A stretch of 64,000 nt of DNA from Eledone cirrhosa (taxonomy: Eukaryota), in the NCBI GenBank assembly GCA_964016885.1, contig OZ024745.1, positions 40,176,001-40,240,000 on the forward strand, read 5' to 3'. This document shows, in pieces, positions 25,628 to 39,652 of the stretch (within the stretch, counting starts at the first letter, position 1; every line of letters starts with the position of its first letter). The notes under the pieces are model-generated. The model was not told the DNA's origin. It searched no databases and saw nothing but the letters and a program-made list of their open reading frames with translations. Position numbers and translations under genes: made by a program.

Positions 25628-25658
<31 letters not shown>

Positions 25659-25771
25659 AATGGAATAGAATGAAACGAAATTTCATTTCTCACTCCTAGT
25701 ACGGCACTTACTTAGATGTAAGTATGTATGTATACGTACATACATATATGTATACAGACACGTACAGTAGC

Positions 25772-25840
<69 letters not shown>

Positions 25841-25991
25841 CAGGTACACACATATATATATGCACGTATCAGTTTACCGAACATTTATTATAATGTTCGC
25901 TTTGTTCGTTTGTCAACAAACGAACAGCCTGATTTACGCCATACAGTGTTTAGGCAACCAAGTCACCTTTTTGTTCAACACTGACACAGGA

Positions 25992-26034
25992 ACGATGTAC
26001 TAGTTTCAAGCTTGTTAGCTATCGTCAGCAGCGT
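25992..26034 (-). ncRNA. Minimal type I hammerhead ribozyme (family D)
   Basis: Minus strand: acgctg CTGACGA tagct aaca agctt GAAA ctag TA catcgt. Palindromic ACTAGT stem III. Confidence 0.82.
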
Positions 26035-26283
26035 ATACCTTTCTGCCAGATGGTTGAACGTCCGAAAGTATATACTTTCCTCATGAAAATTAACGGCTGA
26101 GCAGCCTAATTTGTATATCGAGTGAGTTCAGTCGGCCAAGCAAGTGTTGAAAAAAAAAGGTGACGTGGTTGCCTGAACACTGTACGGCGTAAATCAGGCT
26201 GTTCATTTGTTTAAAAACGAACAAAGCGAACATTATAATAAATGTTCGGTAAACTGATACGTGCATATATATATGTGTGCCTG

Positions 26284-26370
<87 letters not shown>

Positions 26371-26603
26371 GCTACTGTACGTCTGTATACATATATTTAT
26401 GTACGTATACATACATACTTACATTTAAGTAAGTGCCGTACTAAGTGTGAGAAATGAAATTTCGTTTCATTCTATTCTATTTATCGTTTTCGGTGCTCCT
26501 GGCCGACTGAACTCACTCGATATGCAAATTAGGCTACTCAGCCGTTATTTTTCATAAGGAAAGTATATACTTTCGGACGTTCAACCATCTGGCAGAAAGG
26601 TAT

Positions 26604-26646
26604 ACGGTGCTGACGATAGCTAACAAGCTTGAAACTAGTACATGGT
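26604..26646 (+). ncRNA. Minimal type I hammerhead ribozyme (family D)
   Basis: acggtg CTGACGA tagct aaca agctt GAAA ctag TA catggt. GUA cleavage at 26640. Confidence 0.82.
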
Positions 26647-26792
26647 TCCTGTGTCAGTGTTGAACAAAAAGGTGACGTGGTTGCCTAAACACTGTACGGC
26701 GTAAATCAGGCTGTTCTTTTGTTTACAAACGAACAAAGCGAACATTATAATAAATGTTCGATAAACTGATACGTGCATATATATAAGTGTGC

Positions 26793-26862
<70 letters not shown>

Positions 26863-26912
26863 GCTACTGTACGTCTGATTACATATATGTATTTACGTAT
26901 ACTTACATACTT

Positions 26913-26972
<60 letters not shown>

Positions 26973-27116
26973 GACGTAAAATAAGAAAATTATAAAATTA
27001 ACTTACTTACTAAAATTTCACTCCAACTAATTAGTTTCTGAAAGGGAATAAACATGGTTTCCAAATGGAAAGCTTGGAAAAGCCCTCCGTCATCAGGAAG
27101 TCTGTTCTCAGATACG

Positions 27117-27179
27117 TTACCAGGCGATGCGTGGACATTACCAGGCGATGCATGGACATTACCAGGCGATGCGTGGACA
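27117..27179. repeat. 21-bp minisatellite x3
   Basis: TTACCAGGCGATGC(G/A)TGGACA repeated three times. Confidence 0.9.
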
Positions 27180-27479
27180 ATTATACAAAAATAATTCAGT
27201 GGATGGAAAAAAAGCAAGCGTGGACTAAATTCCAAGACATTGAAAAAATCACTGCCTACTTGGTTGGTGGCAAATTCAAAAGAATCAATCACGTGATATC
27301 GAGGTTAATCCGTGAGGAGTGGGGTGTTAAAAAAACAGTAGCCGAGCCATTACTATGAACTATATTAGCAGTTTTGGAAAAATCCCCTTGCATTGAACCA
27401 CAAAGTTACTAAGACAAAACCTATATATTTGCTAGCATAGGTATGCATCTGTATATATATGTTGGTAGATATGCTAATT

Positions 27480-27527
<48 letters not shown>

Positions 27528-29579
27528 CAGGATAAGGTTAAGGTAGCTTTCATATGTGTTGTGATAACCAGATTTCAGAATGATTATATGACCGCTGAAT
27601 GCAGTGGCAATTTACCAGGTACATCAGCATGCATACTTGAATCCGGCGAGATAATATTGGGTATTTGTTTATGGAGTATGTATAAGAAATGTATTAGACC
27701 AAACATACAAGTTTCGATTAGAAGAAATATAATTTAGTTGTACATGTTTACAATGACATAAGTCAATAATGAAACACGTGTAAATATGTTTAATTAAATA
27801 AATGTTTTATAATGAAGATTTATATGATTCTCTTAACACATTAGTTATATATATATATATATATAGTGTTCATTGGTAAAAAGGGCATAATGAGATGATC
27901 TTAAATAATGAGTTTTTGGGAAGGGCTCCCGAAGACCATTTTCTTTTGTAAGTTGCAATTTCCATTCTATACTAGTTAATTCCAGGGTGTAAATTGCAAA
28001 ATCCCATAAATTAATTTAACTGTCATCTCGTCTATTCAAAAGTACTACTTTTTGAACTTGAAATAAAGAACTTAACAAATTAAAATATAATTGAAATGCA
28101 AGATATATGTGACAATTTGAGTATATTTTTCAATAAATGACTTGAATGTTTAAATTATTTCAAATAGTTCACCTTCCTGAAATTTAAGAAATGAATGTAA
28201 TTTTAGCACTGTATCAATTTTCTTTTTCTATGAATTCCAGTAAATACACATTAGAAGAATTAGAGTTCCTATATCGAAATAATTATAATTATCTTAATGG
28301 TACATAGTGATTCATCACTAAATGAAATAATGTATGTTTTTGGAAATTCCTTTTCCAAATATGTAAACTACGACACTGAATCGACCAGGGTTGTGCAAGA
28401 TATTTACGTTAAGTGAAATTTGTCAATTCAGGTAAAGTTTGAAATAAATGTAATCAAATGGAAATATTCAGAAGAGTTTTCTTAATTCTCCTGAGAGTTG
28501 TTTGACCGGAAATATTTTATTAAATGAATTAATACATTTTCTTGTAAATATATAATTGCTTCCCATATTTTGATAATAAATATATATTATGTAATGGTGA
28601 GCAAAAGTGAATGAGTACTATTTAATAAGCATATGAATAAGTGCACTACAAATAACTGTTTAGATTACCTTTCAAGCAGGCCCATTCGATTACAAGACAA
28701 AAGAAAAGTGACTGAAAAGAAATGAAATATAGGAAATAAAATAAAACGTTTATTTATCGGTAAGTCCGAAAACATTATACATGGTTACTCAAAAGTTCAC
28801 ATTATTGAGCTAGAGTGTGCCCTTCGATATCAAGCTATAGCTGCAAGATTTATCCTATGCTCATAACTTATGCGAAATATAGATTACGGAACCTATCTTA
28901 AAGATGTCACAATTTACAACGTCAATAAAAAACAAATAAATCTCCTATAAAATCTCTATAATATGCATGATCTATTTTAACAATATACATGAATGTACGT
29001 TAGATTGTATCCTTCTAGAATGTATCACCAACAATCTCAGCTCGGTTACATCCGTGTTCATTATCATGTAATAACGATGTATATTGACTTATTTGTCAAT
29101 AAAATAATAATTATATGTTGCACAATTTTCCAAAATTTTATGACGATTTTGTCAATCTGGTCTGTGGTTTTATGGCCCATTCACTTTACTTAACGTAATC
29201 CAGTGTGTGTGAATCACATGATAGAATGGAATAAAGTGAAATTATGCAAGAGAAATAATATATAAATAGAAAATAATATTGTAGTTAAATAGAGCAACGT
29301 CTTAATGAATGTAATTTATTACGGGAAACATCCCACTTCGTCCATAGAATCAATAAACCACTTAATTATGCAAGTACCTCACTTAACATTGTCGATCACA
29401 AGTTTCATAGCATCAACAGATGCGTAGATATTGTAGTCAGTGCAAAAATAAAAATTGTTTAGGATGATGTCCAGCAGAAGGAAATATTTTTATTTTCATA
29501 GTAACGGAGGTTCTCAGTCCTTTAGTACCGAAAACCTTTCATTTCCTTCTTCATTCCTTTCTTTTTTTTTCTTTTGTTA

Positions 29580-31370
29580 CATTTCGTAAAATATTTTTAC
29601 CTTTTCTCCCCTTCCACGTCTTTCGTCAAAGAAGGCGACCGGTACTAACTGTGCTTAAATATACCACAGTAGACGCCGAAAGGCCACATCCATCCCAGTT
29701 CTGATCTGTTGATCAGCATAGATTGATAGCAGCTTCAAGACAATGTGATCATTTTTTGTAGCCCATTTGTAAAACATGTTTCGATCCAGAATTGTACATA
29801 TAACCAAAGTCACATCCTTAGTGTGCGATTTTGTGTAGATCTCTCGATTCAAGTTTTTGTTTTCTTAAATTGTCCTTTAAACATCAATATCTTGATCACC
29901 TATATAGCCTTAGTGATTCAGGGAGCCTTGTGATAAGCGTCTGATATCAAGAAGACAACGTCGGGAGATAACCAATCACCAAATTATAGAAAGGAGTGAT
30001 TTATTAACTTAGCTAATACTTATCGAGGATAATCTCAAGAAAGAAGTACAGTAAATAGATATTTAACCAACCCCTTCCTCGTTTTAATGTAGAAATCTTC
30101 CATGGACTCCTACTCGTCCACACCAGTTTGTCAATGAGACATATGGTCGAAGTCCCAACTTTCCTGGAAATGTTTCAACAGTGGTATACATCGAGCAGCT
30201 GATGAGAAAAGATCTCAAAGATTTTTTAAAAATCAATTCAAGAATGTGATATATGCTAGCCAACCACAAGAAAGAGTGTTTCAGAGATGCTTCAATTTTC
30301 ATGTTGGCTCCTTGGTATATATTAGTGTTGCTCGGAATGGTGTTGAAGGATATACCAATTATTTTGTCTTCAAGTTTGCAGAGTGGTGTTTTCTTCAAAA
30401 TCGATCATGCAACATATTTTCCAATTCCTTCTATTACAATCTGAAACTAAGAATTCCTGTCAGTAAAAGTGCAATCGGACCTTCGTGTGGACTAGTTCAG
30501 GAAGCCGTCAGTAATAATGCTCCGTCCCATTGGATGACTCAGCAGAACGTGTCTTCAGATGGGAAAGCAGCTAACTCGATTTCCTAAGATATCTTCTCAT
30601 GTTACTTGGTTCAAGATCGATAAACATTTAAAGGGCAACTCGGGGGATCAGGCAGACTATGAGCGAGAATATTCGCGATTGTGATGTAAGCCGTATGTCT
30701 TGTCGTATTGATTGTTTCTCATGGCCCAACGTCGCAACATGAAAAGCGTTCGTAATAGCCTTTATTCACGGGGATTTTCGGGGCGGTGCTGACTTCAATA
30801 TATCATTGTCATCATTAATAATTGAGTTAGGTGAAGAAAATTCAAGAGCTATTTTCTCGGACATCTTAAATTCTTTAGCTTACTTTCTCTTTTTTAATTG
30901 TATATCTTTATCTGTATCTTTTTTTATTTCTTGTAAATGTTCTTGCATGTTCTGCATCAACACATATATCTATCAAGGAAAGTCTTATTTTCGGATGGGA
31001 TTTCCTTTCTTTAGAGAACGTCTGGGTTTCCTTGAGATCACCTTCCAAATGTCACGTATTGCAAATGCTTCGTCACGTCAATCATCCTTGATTATCCTTT
31101 TATTCAGTACTAGTAAAGCAGTGTTTTCTCCATTGGTCGTGTCATATGCTTTTTACCACATTTTCTGTATCATCCGGCTATTATTTCTTTTACGACAACT
31201 GAAATTGCCGTGCAGAGATCGGCGTGATGGTAGAGAAAAAACGAGAATACATGTTGGTTGGGGTTGCGTCGAGTTTGTATTAACTCTCCATCGTGACGTT
31301 TCTCAAGCAGCCAAATGTTCAATTTTATTTTAACGTTCCTGTCGATTCTTGCATTTATTGGTCCCATTCA
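29580..31370 (-). pseudogene. Decayed DNA transposase, hAT superfamily (hATm-like)
   Basis: Ordered minus-strand remnants: NQHVFSFFLYHH..VVKE; KIIGISFNTIPSNT..GA..IE..L...LWLASIYHILEL (cf. FDTTASNTG..GAC..LACRHHI.EL); AYHKAP*ITKAI*VIKILMFKGQF (cf. HHARWMAKAIY.LKI..F..QF); LLWYI. Subgroup assigned from recalled motifs. Confidence 0.65.
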
Positions 31371-32707
31371 GGCTATGAATAGCGAAATTGAAGCAGATTA
31401 TTTCGTAATTTTTTAACAAAGAATGGAACTTGAAGAAACGCAGCATGTTTACTACTCGCTAACAAAAGCAATACTAAACCAACAATGCAATCAACGTAAG
31501 AACCAGCAATGTTCTGAACCTTGCATTAGAACCTTATTGTTAACTCGTAGTATTGTTCTACTATCAAAACAAATATCGACAAACACAGCTCATCAATGTG
31601 ATACCAAATACCTCTTTTTTGTACGAACAATGGAATCAAAACACTATTAAGCATACTTAGTTTAATTTTTGGTTAATTTCGTTTTCATTTAGGATCTTAT
31701 AAACAGTAGAAATATCTACTGCATGTTCACAGACGGAAACTGACAAATATTTCAACCTGGCTACAATCAACATAAGTACAGGTAATTTGTATGCATAGGT
31801 TCAAACAGCATTAACTTATGCAACCTTTGAATATATGCGTTACTCCTCGGCATTTCGTCTGTATAGCTTCGAGCTAAGCTGATTGCATACCTTATCTGAC
31901 CTGAGGTGATTCCCTTAACGCAAACTGTTTTCGATAGAAATATGAAACATCCTACTGTACGGGTCTGGTTTGTAAGTCGTGTGGATGTTGGATATATGCA
32001 TACTGACTATTTCATTCTAAACTGCTATACAATTCTTATCACTACAAACGTGTGACGATATACGTGGTGTGATTGATAACATATAGGTTATATTGTATAA
32101 TTGGAATATATCTATACTCTGCTGATTTTACAGAGATGAGGGGCCATGTAATATTCGAAAATATCTGTTATACCCTATACAGATTTTAGAATATTAACGT
32201 AGACAAAAGATATATTTCATGGAACTAGATTAGTAGCTTTGATTTATTTTAATCTCCATACCAACTTGCATTCTCATTTCTGATGAGGAGAACTTCTGCA
32301 GCTTTAATCGTATTTTCAAGAAGCACATTGCCGTGAGGGTAGTCAAGATGATGGTAGTTATGAGGCACTTTCAGTTTCAGACCATCGGTTTCAATGATAA
32401 AGATGCATAAGGAGCACTTTAGCAAAATGAGGAACGGGGTGAGAATTTCGCCCGAGAGAAATCTTGAGTTGGAAAAGCAAATGTGATTGATGCAGTGTGT
32501 TTAGCACATATATTATCAATATGAAATATCTCTAAACACATACTAATGTTACATATATTAGCTTTCTAAGTAATCGACAGATTTTACAGATAAATTCTGC
32601 ATCTGAGACCCCTACATCTTACACAAATTTCAGGAATAAACATAACCTACCTGCTTAGTATGATTTATATATATATATAATATATACATATGTGTGTGTG
32701 TGTGTGT

Positions 32708-32751
<44 letters not shown>

Positions 32752-35559
32752 ACGCGCGTGTGTGTGCCTAGGTGCGTAGGAGGAGAATTTAAGACATGCA
32801 CCTATTTAAAATATATATAATATAGGCAATGACAGCTAATATGATATTCTTTCATCTCACCCGGTAATAATATCTCTCGTATTTGCATGAATATTAGAGC
32901 CAATTTTTAGCCCGCGATGGAGCCAAGATCATTCGATATGGAATTATCACTTTTAGCACTTTGTAAAATCTTACATTTTGATTTTACTTGAACATATATG
33001 CTGCTCAGAGAATTCCGTCTTTTGTCTTGATATTTTCAGAATATTTGTTGCGACAGATTTTGTCAAAGTCTCTTCCAATTTCCATTTTACTGGTGTTGCA
33101 TTCAGTATGTATTTGACAGAAAGAAAACCACTATTCTATATTAGAAAAACAGAATTTCTCTGCGATTTACATCTTCATTTCTTATTACAGTTACTTTTAC
33201 TCTTAGCAATTTATAGTTTTGTGAAATAACTTCCCCTGTATCTGAGTAGCTCAAAGGTAATTATTATTCGTTAATATGATAATATGTAATGTGCGTACTT
33301 TCGACTTTAACCCAGTATATTCTTAATGTTTAAATTGCAAATTGCCATAAGCATTGAACACTATATGATATTTTCATTCTTATTTTCAAAGCAGGGGCCA
33401 CAACAGATATTCATAACGAATTTTATTTCATGATAGTTATTAGGTGGAGCGTCATTAAATGTCGAATTATTATAATTTCTTATGTAGGAATAGTTTGACT
33501 TCATAGTTTTAAATATAAGTAAATAATTTTACATAGATTCATATTATCTAAAATGAGAACAACTTACATGCAATTCTAAATGTATGTATATATGATGCTT
33601 ATGTACATTGCTGTGTGTACAATTATAGAGAAATAAATTCGAGTTGTCACATTTTGATAGGTTTAATATATAAAGTCCTGGCGCAGATCAGCCGTTAAAG
33701 ATCAGCGGGTAATTCAAATTTTAATGTAATTAGCAGATCAAGTATCACTTACAAGTGTATTTGTCTCGCATATATAGCTGCCATGACTATTCATTGGATG
33801 AATAATTGTCATATCGGAAATATTCCTCGAGGTAATGATTAAATACATCATGTCTTGAGTGATGAATGCAACTTCTATAAATATCTTGTTGATTATGATT
33901 CAGATGCTGCTTCAATGTTTCTCAAATTGCTTATTACAACACGTATACAGAAAAGTATTTATAATAACGATCGTTGACCACGTAATTCTGAGGATATTCT
34001 GTGTATGTACAATAATTGTTTCTACTCTTGGCACAAGGCTAGCAAATACCCAGTGTATTTTATTTTATCGACCCCGTGTATGTACAATACTATAGATACA
34101 TTTAGTATGAACGCCACAACAACTTTCATCTACGATGATATATATTGCGGTCTGATAAGGTTTGTGCTTATATTAAACATGACTATTTATGTAGAAATAT
34201 ATGTTTATTTTGTTATCCAACATTTAGTAACAACAGTTAGAGCGTTAAAACTGATTTAAATACAAACTAAAACGCCGATTCACAAAATGTTCTCTATAAT
34301 TAATATTAATAGAGTAACATTCGAAATTTAATGTATGCGAATTATGCGTCAATGCAGCTACACTGAAAATGTATGGTATATTACATATACCATACATTAT
34401 CATATGTATATATGATATGCTAATTTAAAAATAACGAATGTATTATTTAAGTATGTGTGTTAACGGGGACATTCTTCAATATACATTATCATTTTCACCC
34501 AGCTTATTATTACACAAAACGTTTTAGACTTTATTTTGAAGAGATACAACTAATGTTTGAAACAGGCTAAAATAAACATATCAACAAAATGACATGATAT
34601 AATGCATAACAACAAATAAGCAAAACAAAATTATTATCAGATTTTACAACGGTAATAATTAGTTCAAATCGCGAAAGAAATATAACTTGATAAATGATGT
34701 TCCAGAAGTATCATTTGGAGCAGAAATTCTGTGAAATTATGATTCACAAATATGACTTATATTCAATATTTGTAATTAGCCTATTTCTAATGAAACGTTT
34801 GTTATTCATACTGATGTTGACTTGAAAATTGTCGTTTTTAAATTCTTTCTATAGTTTTGAGTGGATAAAGAATTGCTTTTTAAGTTTTTTTAATTTACTG
34901 TTTCTCATGTGCATCATTTACAAATGAAATAACAGAACATTTGTTGACAATATATATATGTTAATGATATATTAAAACGTCGACATAGAGTATGCCTGAA
35001 AGAGAGGTAAACATATTACCAACATTATTTGAAAATTGTGGCACACCATATTCTATTTCAGTAAGCACGTATATTAAAAATTGAAAACCGTAGTGTTAGA
35101 AAATATTTTCAATTACAAAGAAGTAGTGTCTCTAATGCAACATATTAACACATCTTAGATAACACAACTGCAATAGAGGATTACGAGCCAATATTTTGGT
35201 AGCAACGTCAAAGACTAAATATCCTGCCCTTTTCCAACAGTGAATAGATAGAATTGGCTTTGCTATGTAGGCCACAGCGACGTGGCATTCCAAATCACAT
35301 CGATACGATTAAATGAAGAGAGGTAGATTTGTTGGGAATCATCTATTTCATAAACGAATCGAGTTATATGAGGGTGGACTAACACGTTTATAGGCTTACT
35401 AGGGATTTATTCTAAATCTAAGAAATCATGCATTCATTAATCCCAACTCTTCGTATTAATAGTTGCATTGTTTGACTCTAGGTAAACTGATATTTGACTC
35501 ATCTGAGAAAACTTCAAAAGTAACTAGTAACTTGAAAACGACCACGATTTTTCATCGTG

Positions 35560-36450
35560 TCAAAGTTCCAGAAAAAGAGTGTAGAACTCCAAGGACATTC
35601 GTGCTGACATTGTCGCTACATTAGGATGTGAGACCCCAGCATTATCAAAATGGGCATTATCAACCCCAGCATTATCAACGTGGGCGATAGAATTTAAAAG
35701 GGGGAGGAAGAGGACCCAAGGATGAACCTCCTGCAACTTCCACCAACAAGAAAAATATTGAACATGTTCAGCAAATGTCATAGCTGACATTCAATTCAAA
35801 GTAAATTAAATATCCAATGCCATAAACTGTACCATAAACTGTAAGTGAGTTGAGATATTTAGGACATTGAACTTGGTACATCGAATGTTTCTTCTCATTG
35901 GGTGCCTTTCGTCTTACACCGAAAGTGAGCAAGGCTCATAACCTCATAGCAAAATCTGACATTGTTTGAAACAGATCCAACTGGTTTCCTTAAACGTTTG
36001 CTAACAGGGATGAATATCAGATTCATCACTTTGAGCCGGAGACAATGTGGGAATACACGAAGTGGAAACAAACCCTGCTTACCTGATCCAAAATAGGCCA
36101 AGTATGTTTCATCTGCACGGAAAGTCATAGATTTTGTTTGTTGGGAAGCAAAACACAATGTTTTTATAACCTATCTTCAAAAGGGTCACACAATCAATGG
36201 GAAATAATTTACCAACTTTCAGAGGCAGTTACGAAAGGCTATCAATATAAAACTCCCCAGAAAATTGACAAAGGGGGTTTTATTTTATCCTGACAATGAT
36301 CCAGCACACGATTCCTGAGTTTCAACGGCTGCTGTGTATGACTGTGGCATTGTTTTCTGATTCGGCCCCATTGGACTATCATTTGTTCCCCAACAAGAAA
36401 AATCGAAGTGACAATGACCTCATAAAAGATATTGATGTTTTTCTATTACC
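35560..36450 (+). pseudogene. Decayed mariner (Tc1/mariner) transposase
   Basis: Frameshifted remnants in the expected order: EFKRGR..DEP, WVP..LT, LTGDE..IHHFEPET, SA.KV, TING, DN.PAH, D.APLDYHLFP. Confidence 0.82.
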
Positions 36451-36479
36451 AACAGGTTGAAAGCTTCACAATATATTCA

Positions 36480-36609
36480 GAGAGAGAAAGAGAGAGACAG
36501 AGAGAGAGAGCGAGATAGAGAGAGAGAAGAGAGAGATAGAAGAGAGAGAGAGAGAAGATATATATATATATAAGAGAGAGAGAGAGAGAGAAAGAGGGAG
36601 AGAGAGAGA

Positions 36610-36690
<81 letters not shown>
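36480..36690. repeat. (GA)n microsatellite (others at 23251-23342; (CT)n at 19300-19367)
   Basis: Direct reading. Confidence 0.95.
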
Positions 36691-36691
<1 letters not shown>

Positions 36692-37651
36692 ATAAACACT
36701 AAGACAGTGCATGAAACATAAAACATGAAATCTTATTTTATTGAAAATATTCAATTATAATAGACCCCTTCAATAAATCAACATTCAATTTATTTCATCA
36801 TTTCAGTGACACCATAGATTCGAAGCTGAAGGTCGGAGGCAGGCGTGGTAAAGAAAAAGATTGCACTAGTCATACTGAGTAGAAATTAGGAGTTCGTTTA
36901 GCCATGTTTCATTTGTAACTTTTCATTCTGGATATTATTAATGTTTAAAATAATTGTTTATCAAGAAACTAACAAAGCTCGGAAGCTGGAATAAAGTATA
37001 TCACGTATTTTCATTAGCTTAAATTCATGCTTTTTTACATGGAGAGGTCGTTATTGAAGATAAACATGGAAATATAAAAATAATATTATAGCTCTATTCA
37101 TCCGGTGAAAATGAAGTTTGATTATTTGAATTTATTCTCTTGGAAACTTGAAAGACACTTTGCTAATTCACAGTTTAGAAATAACGCACAAGCGATATTC
37201 AATGCTTATGGTAAAACATAAAAACATGGGTTTTATTCAAAATGTTCAATTTTTATAGAATCCTTTCAATAAACCACCATCGAACTATCTCTTTCGCTAT
37301 GGAAAGACCGAAGTGCTCTTACGCAGCCGATGGGAGAAGTCAGACACGAAACAGATTGCATTTGTGTCAAGTCGCAACGAAATGAAATCAGGAGGAGCAT
37401 GTTCCCGCTAATTTAACCCAAGGTCAGCGATGATTGCTCATTTTAGAAGGATAACCTATATTTTGTATGAATAATTCTTGTTCTTCTTATGAAGAAATTA
37501 TCGGAGATAAAAGTCTTAGAGGAACATTTATAGAAGAGACATTATTAACACTGAAACGATTGGAGTATAACGTGATTTTCTATTTTATCATACGCATTAC
37601 CTGGTGTTTTAAGACATTTCTATATATAATAAATATGTTTCTACGGGTTTA

Positions 37652-37693
<42 letters not shown>

Positions 37694-37885
37694 GTATAGG
37701 ATTATCCAAGATGCAGTGGTGGTTAATTACTACACTGGATATGGTTGACGTACGGTAAGAGGTTACTCTACGAGTTATGGAAGAATTGTTCAAGAAACTT
37801 AGTTCCTGATCCTTCAGTATTCCGGAGTGTATATAAAGAATGAATAATAACAGGTAGACATCATAAAAAGGTAGTTTATTCCGTG

Positions 37886-37997
37886 TGCTTACAAGTGTTT
37901 CCACGGTGGTACTGCAGCCTAGTTCCGCTACGTGCAAATTCACAAGTATTTGCAGAACTCGAATATCCAATGCTGTGACCACTGTTTCCTCAGAGCA
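37886..37997 (-). ncRNA. Type I hammerhead ribozyme with extended stem II (family C)
   Basis: Reverse complement of 39457-39568. Confidence 0.72.
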
Positions 37998-39456
37998 GAA
38001 TGGTAAATATACAATGTAAAAACCCTTAAGTGGGGTTGTTGGGGAAGATAGAGTGGAACAGGAAGAGAGAAAAGTAGGGAAGATGGAGAGAGAAGGAAAT
38101 ATATGCAGGGGTTGGAGAAGTAGGAGAGAGTGGCTTGTAGATATCTTAATCAAAATGTTATGGTAGGGGTTTTATTAGTTACTTTTGGAGAGATGCGTAG
38201 ATAGTTGAGGTCGGAATTATTTATTGCCCTAGAGGTCAAGTTCATAGATGTTGAGAGGGAGGTAGGTCAAAGGTGAGAGAGAGAGAGTGTAATGGATGTA
38301 GAGAGAGATATATAGGTAGAGAGGGGACAGATAAAGTATATATGGTGAGTGAACTTTTGGTTTTGTAGTAGTAATCTAGGAATTGTACTGAGTTACCATG
38401 TATAGTGATAAGCAGTGTATTGTCTTGTAGTGAGGGGGAGAAGAGAAGGTTGTTAGCTAGAAAGTGGTGTTGTAGTTACGGGTTCGAATGTTAAGTTATT
38501 TTATAGTGAGAGAATTTAGCTTTTAGTTTGTGGTTGCAGTATAATGATCGTTCAATTCTATCGTTAAGTAGTTTGTTTTTGGATTTTAGTATGTAAAATA
38601 GCTCAAGGTTACATAACCTGCAGTACTTCAAACCACTCCGATATGCATTTGCGCTGGAAAGTATATCCCATTTTAAGGTACCGTCATCGATTCTCAATCA
38701 AACATCAGAATCACCGTTTTGTGACCACGCTCGCCAACAAGACCTGGCAACTCCGTGAACACAACCAACAGTTCACCTTAAAATGGGATATACTTTCCAG
38801 CGCAAATGCATATCGGAGTGGTTTGAAGTACTGCAGGTTATGTAACCTTGAGCTATTTTACATACTAAAATCCAAAAACAAACTACTTAACGATAGAATT
38901 GAACGATCATTATACTGCAACCACAAACTAAAAGCTAAATTCTCTCACTATAAAATAACTTAACATTCGAACCCGTAACTACAACACCATTTTCTAGCTA
39001 ACAACCTTCTCTTCTCCCCCTCACTACAAGACAATACACTGCTTATCACTATACATGGTAACTCAGTACAATTCCTAGATTACTACTACAAAACCAAAAG
39101 TTCACTCACCACATATACTTTATCTGTCCCCTCTCTACCTATATATCTCTCTCTACATCCATTACACTCTCTCTCTCTCACCTTTGACCTACCTCCCTCT
39201 CAACATCTATGAACTTGACCTCTGGGGCAATAAATAATTCCGACCTCAACTATCTACGCATCTCTCCAAAAGTAACTAATAAAACCCCTACCATAACATT
39301 TTGATTAAGATATCTACAAGCCACTCTCTCCTACTTCTCCAACCCCTGCATATCTTTCCTTCTCTCTCCATCTTCCCTACTTTTCTCTCTTCCTGTTCCA
39401 CTCTATCTTCCCCAACAACCCCACTTAAGGGTTTTTACATTGTATATTTACCATTC

Positions 39457-39568
39457 TGCTCTGAGGAAACAGTGGTCACAGCATTGGATATTCGAGTTCT
39501 GCAAATACTTGTGAATTTGCACGTAGCGGAACTAGGCTGCAGTACCACCGTGGAAACACTTGTAAGCA
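39457..39568 (+). ncRNA. Type I hammerhead ribozyme with extended stem II (family C)
   Basis: tgct CTGAGGA aacagtggtcacagc...gctgcagtaccaccgtg GAAA cacttg TA agca. GUA cleavage at 39564. Confidence 0.72.
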
Positions 39569-39615
39569 CACGGAATAAACTACCTTTTTATGATGTCTAC
39601 CTGTTATTATTCATT

Positions 39616-39652
<37 letters not shown>

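Larger units (their letters stand above)
25658..26915. mobile_element. ORF-less ~513-bp hammerhead-bearing unit with an internal (TA)n; one inverted copy plus ~1.5 tandem copies
   Basis: 25658-26138 is the reverse complement of sequence in 26143-26915. The tandem period is 513 bp (AGTGTTGA at 26143 and 26656). Each copy has GCACGTATCAG/CATGCTACTGTACG flanks around a (TA)n tract. Confidence 0.88.
37688..39624. mobile_element. PLE insertion forming an 850-bp-arm inverted repeat (GIY-YIG C-terminus + pLTR) in (TA)n
   Basis: Arms 37830-38679 and 38775-39624 are near-identical, with a 95-bp spacer continuing the endonuclease ORF. Same family as 20701-23113. Confidence 0.93.

Noticed and set aside
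27045-27100. Minus-strand CTGATGA cggagggc..gctttcc atttg GAAA ccatg TT
   Set aside because: A 4-nt bulge before GAAA, no stem I pairing and no repeat context.
27117-27179. Short tandem repeats (also 7949-7993, 15080-15137, 53113-53163) as CRISPR-like arrays
   Set aside because: No unique spacers, eukaryotic context and no cas genes. These are simple tandem duplications.
31693-31781. Exon-like segment on the plus strand (TTTCATTTAG ... CAG/GTAATT)
   Set aside because: Stop codons in all three frames and no recognisable peptide.
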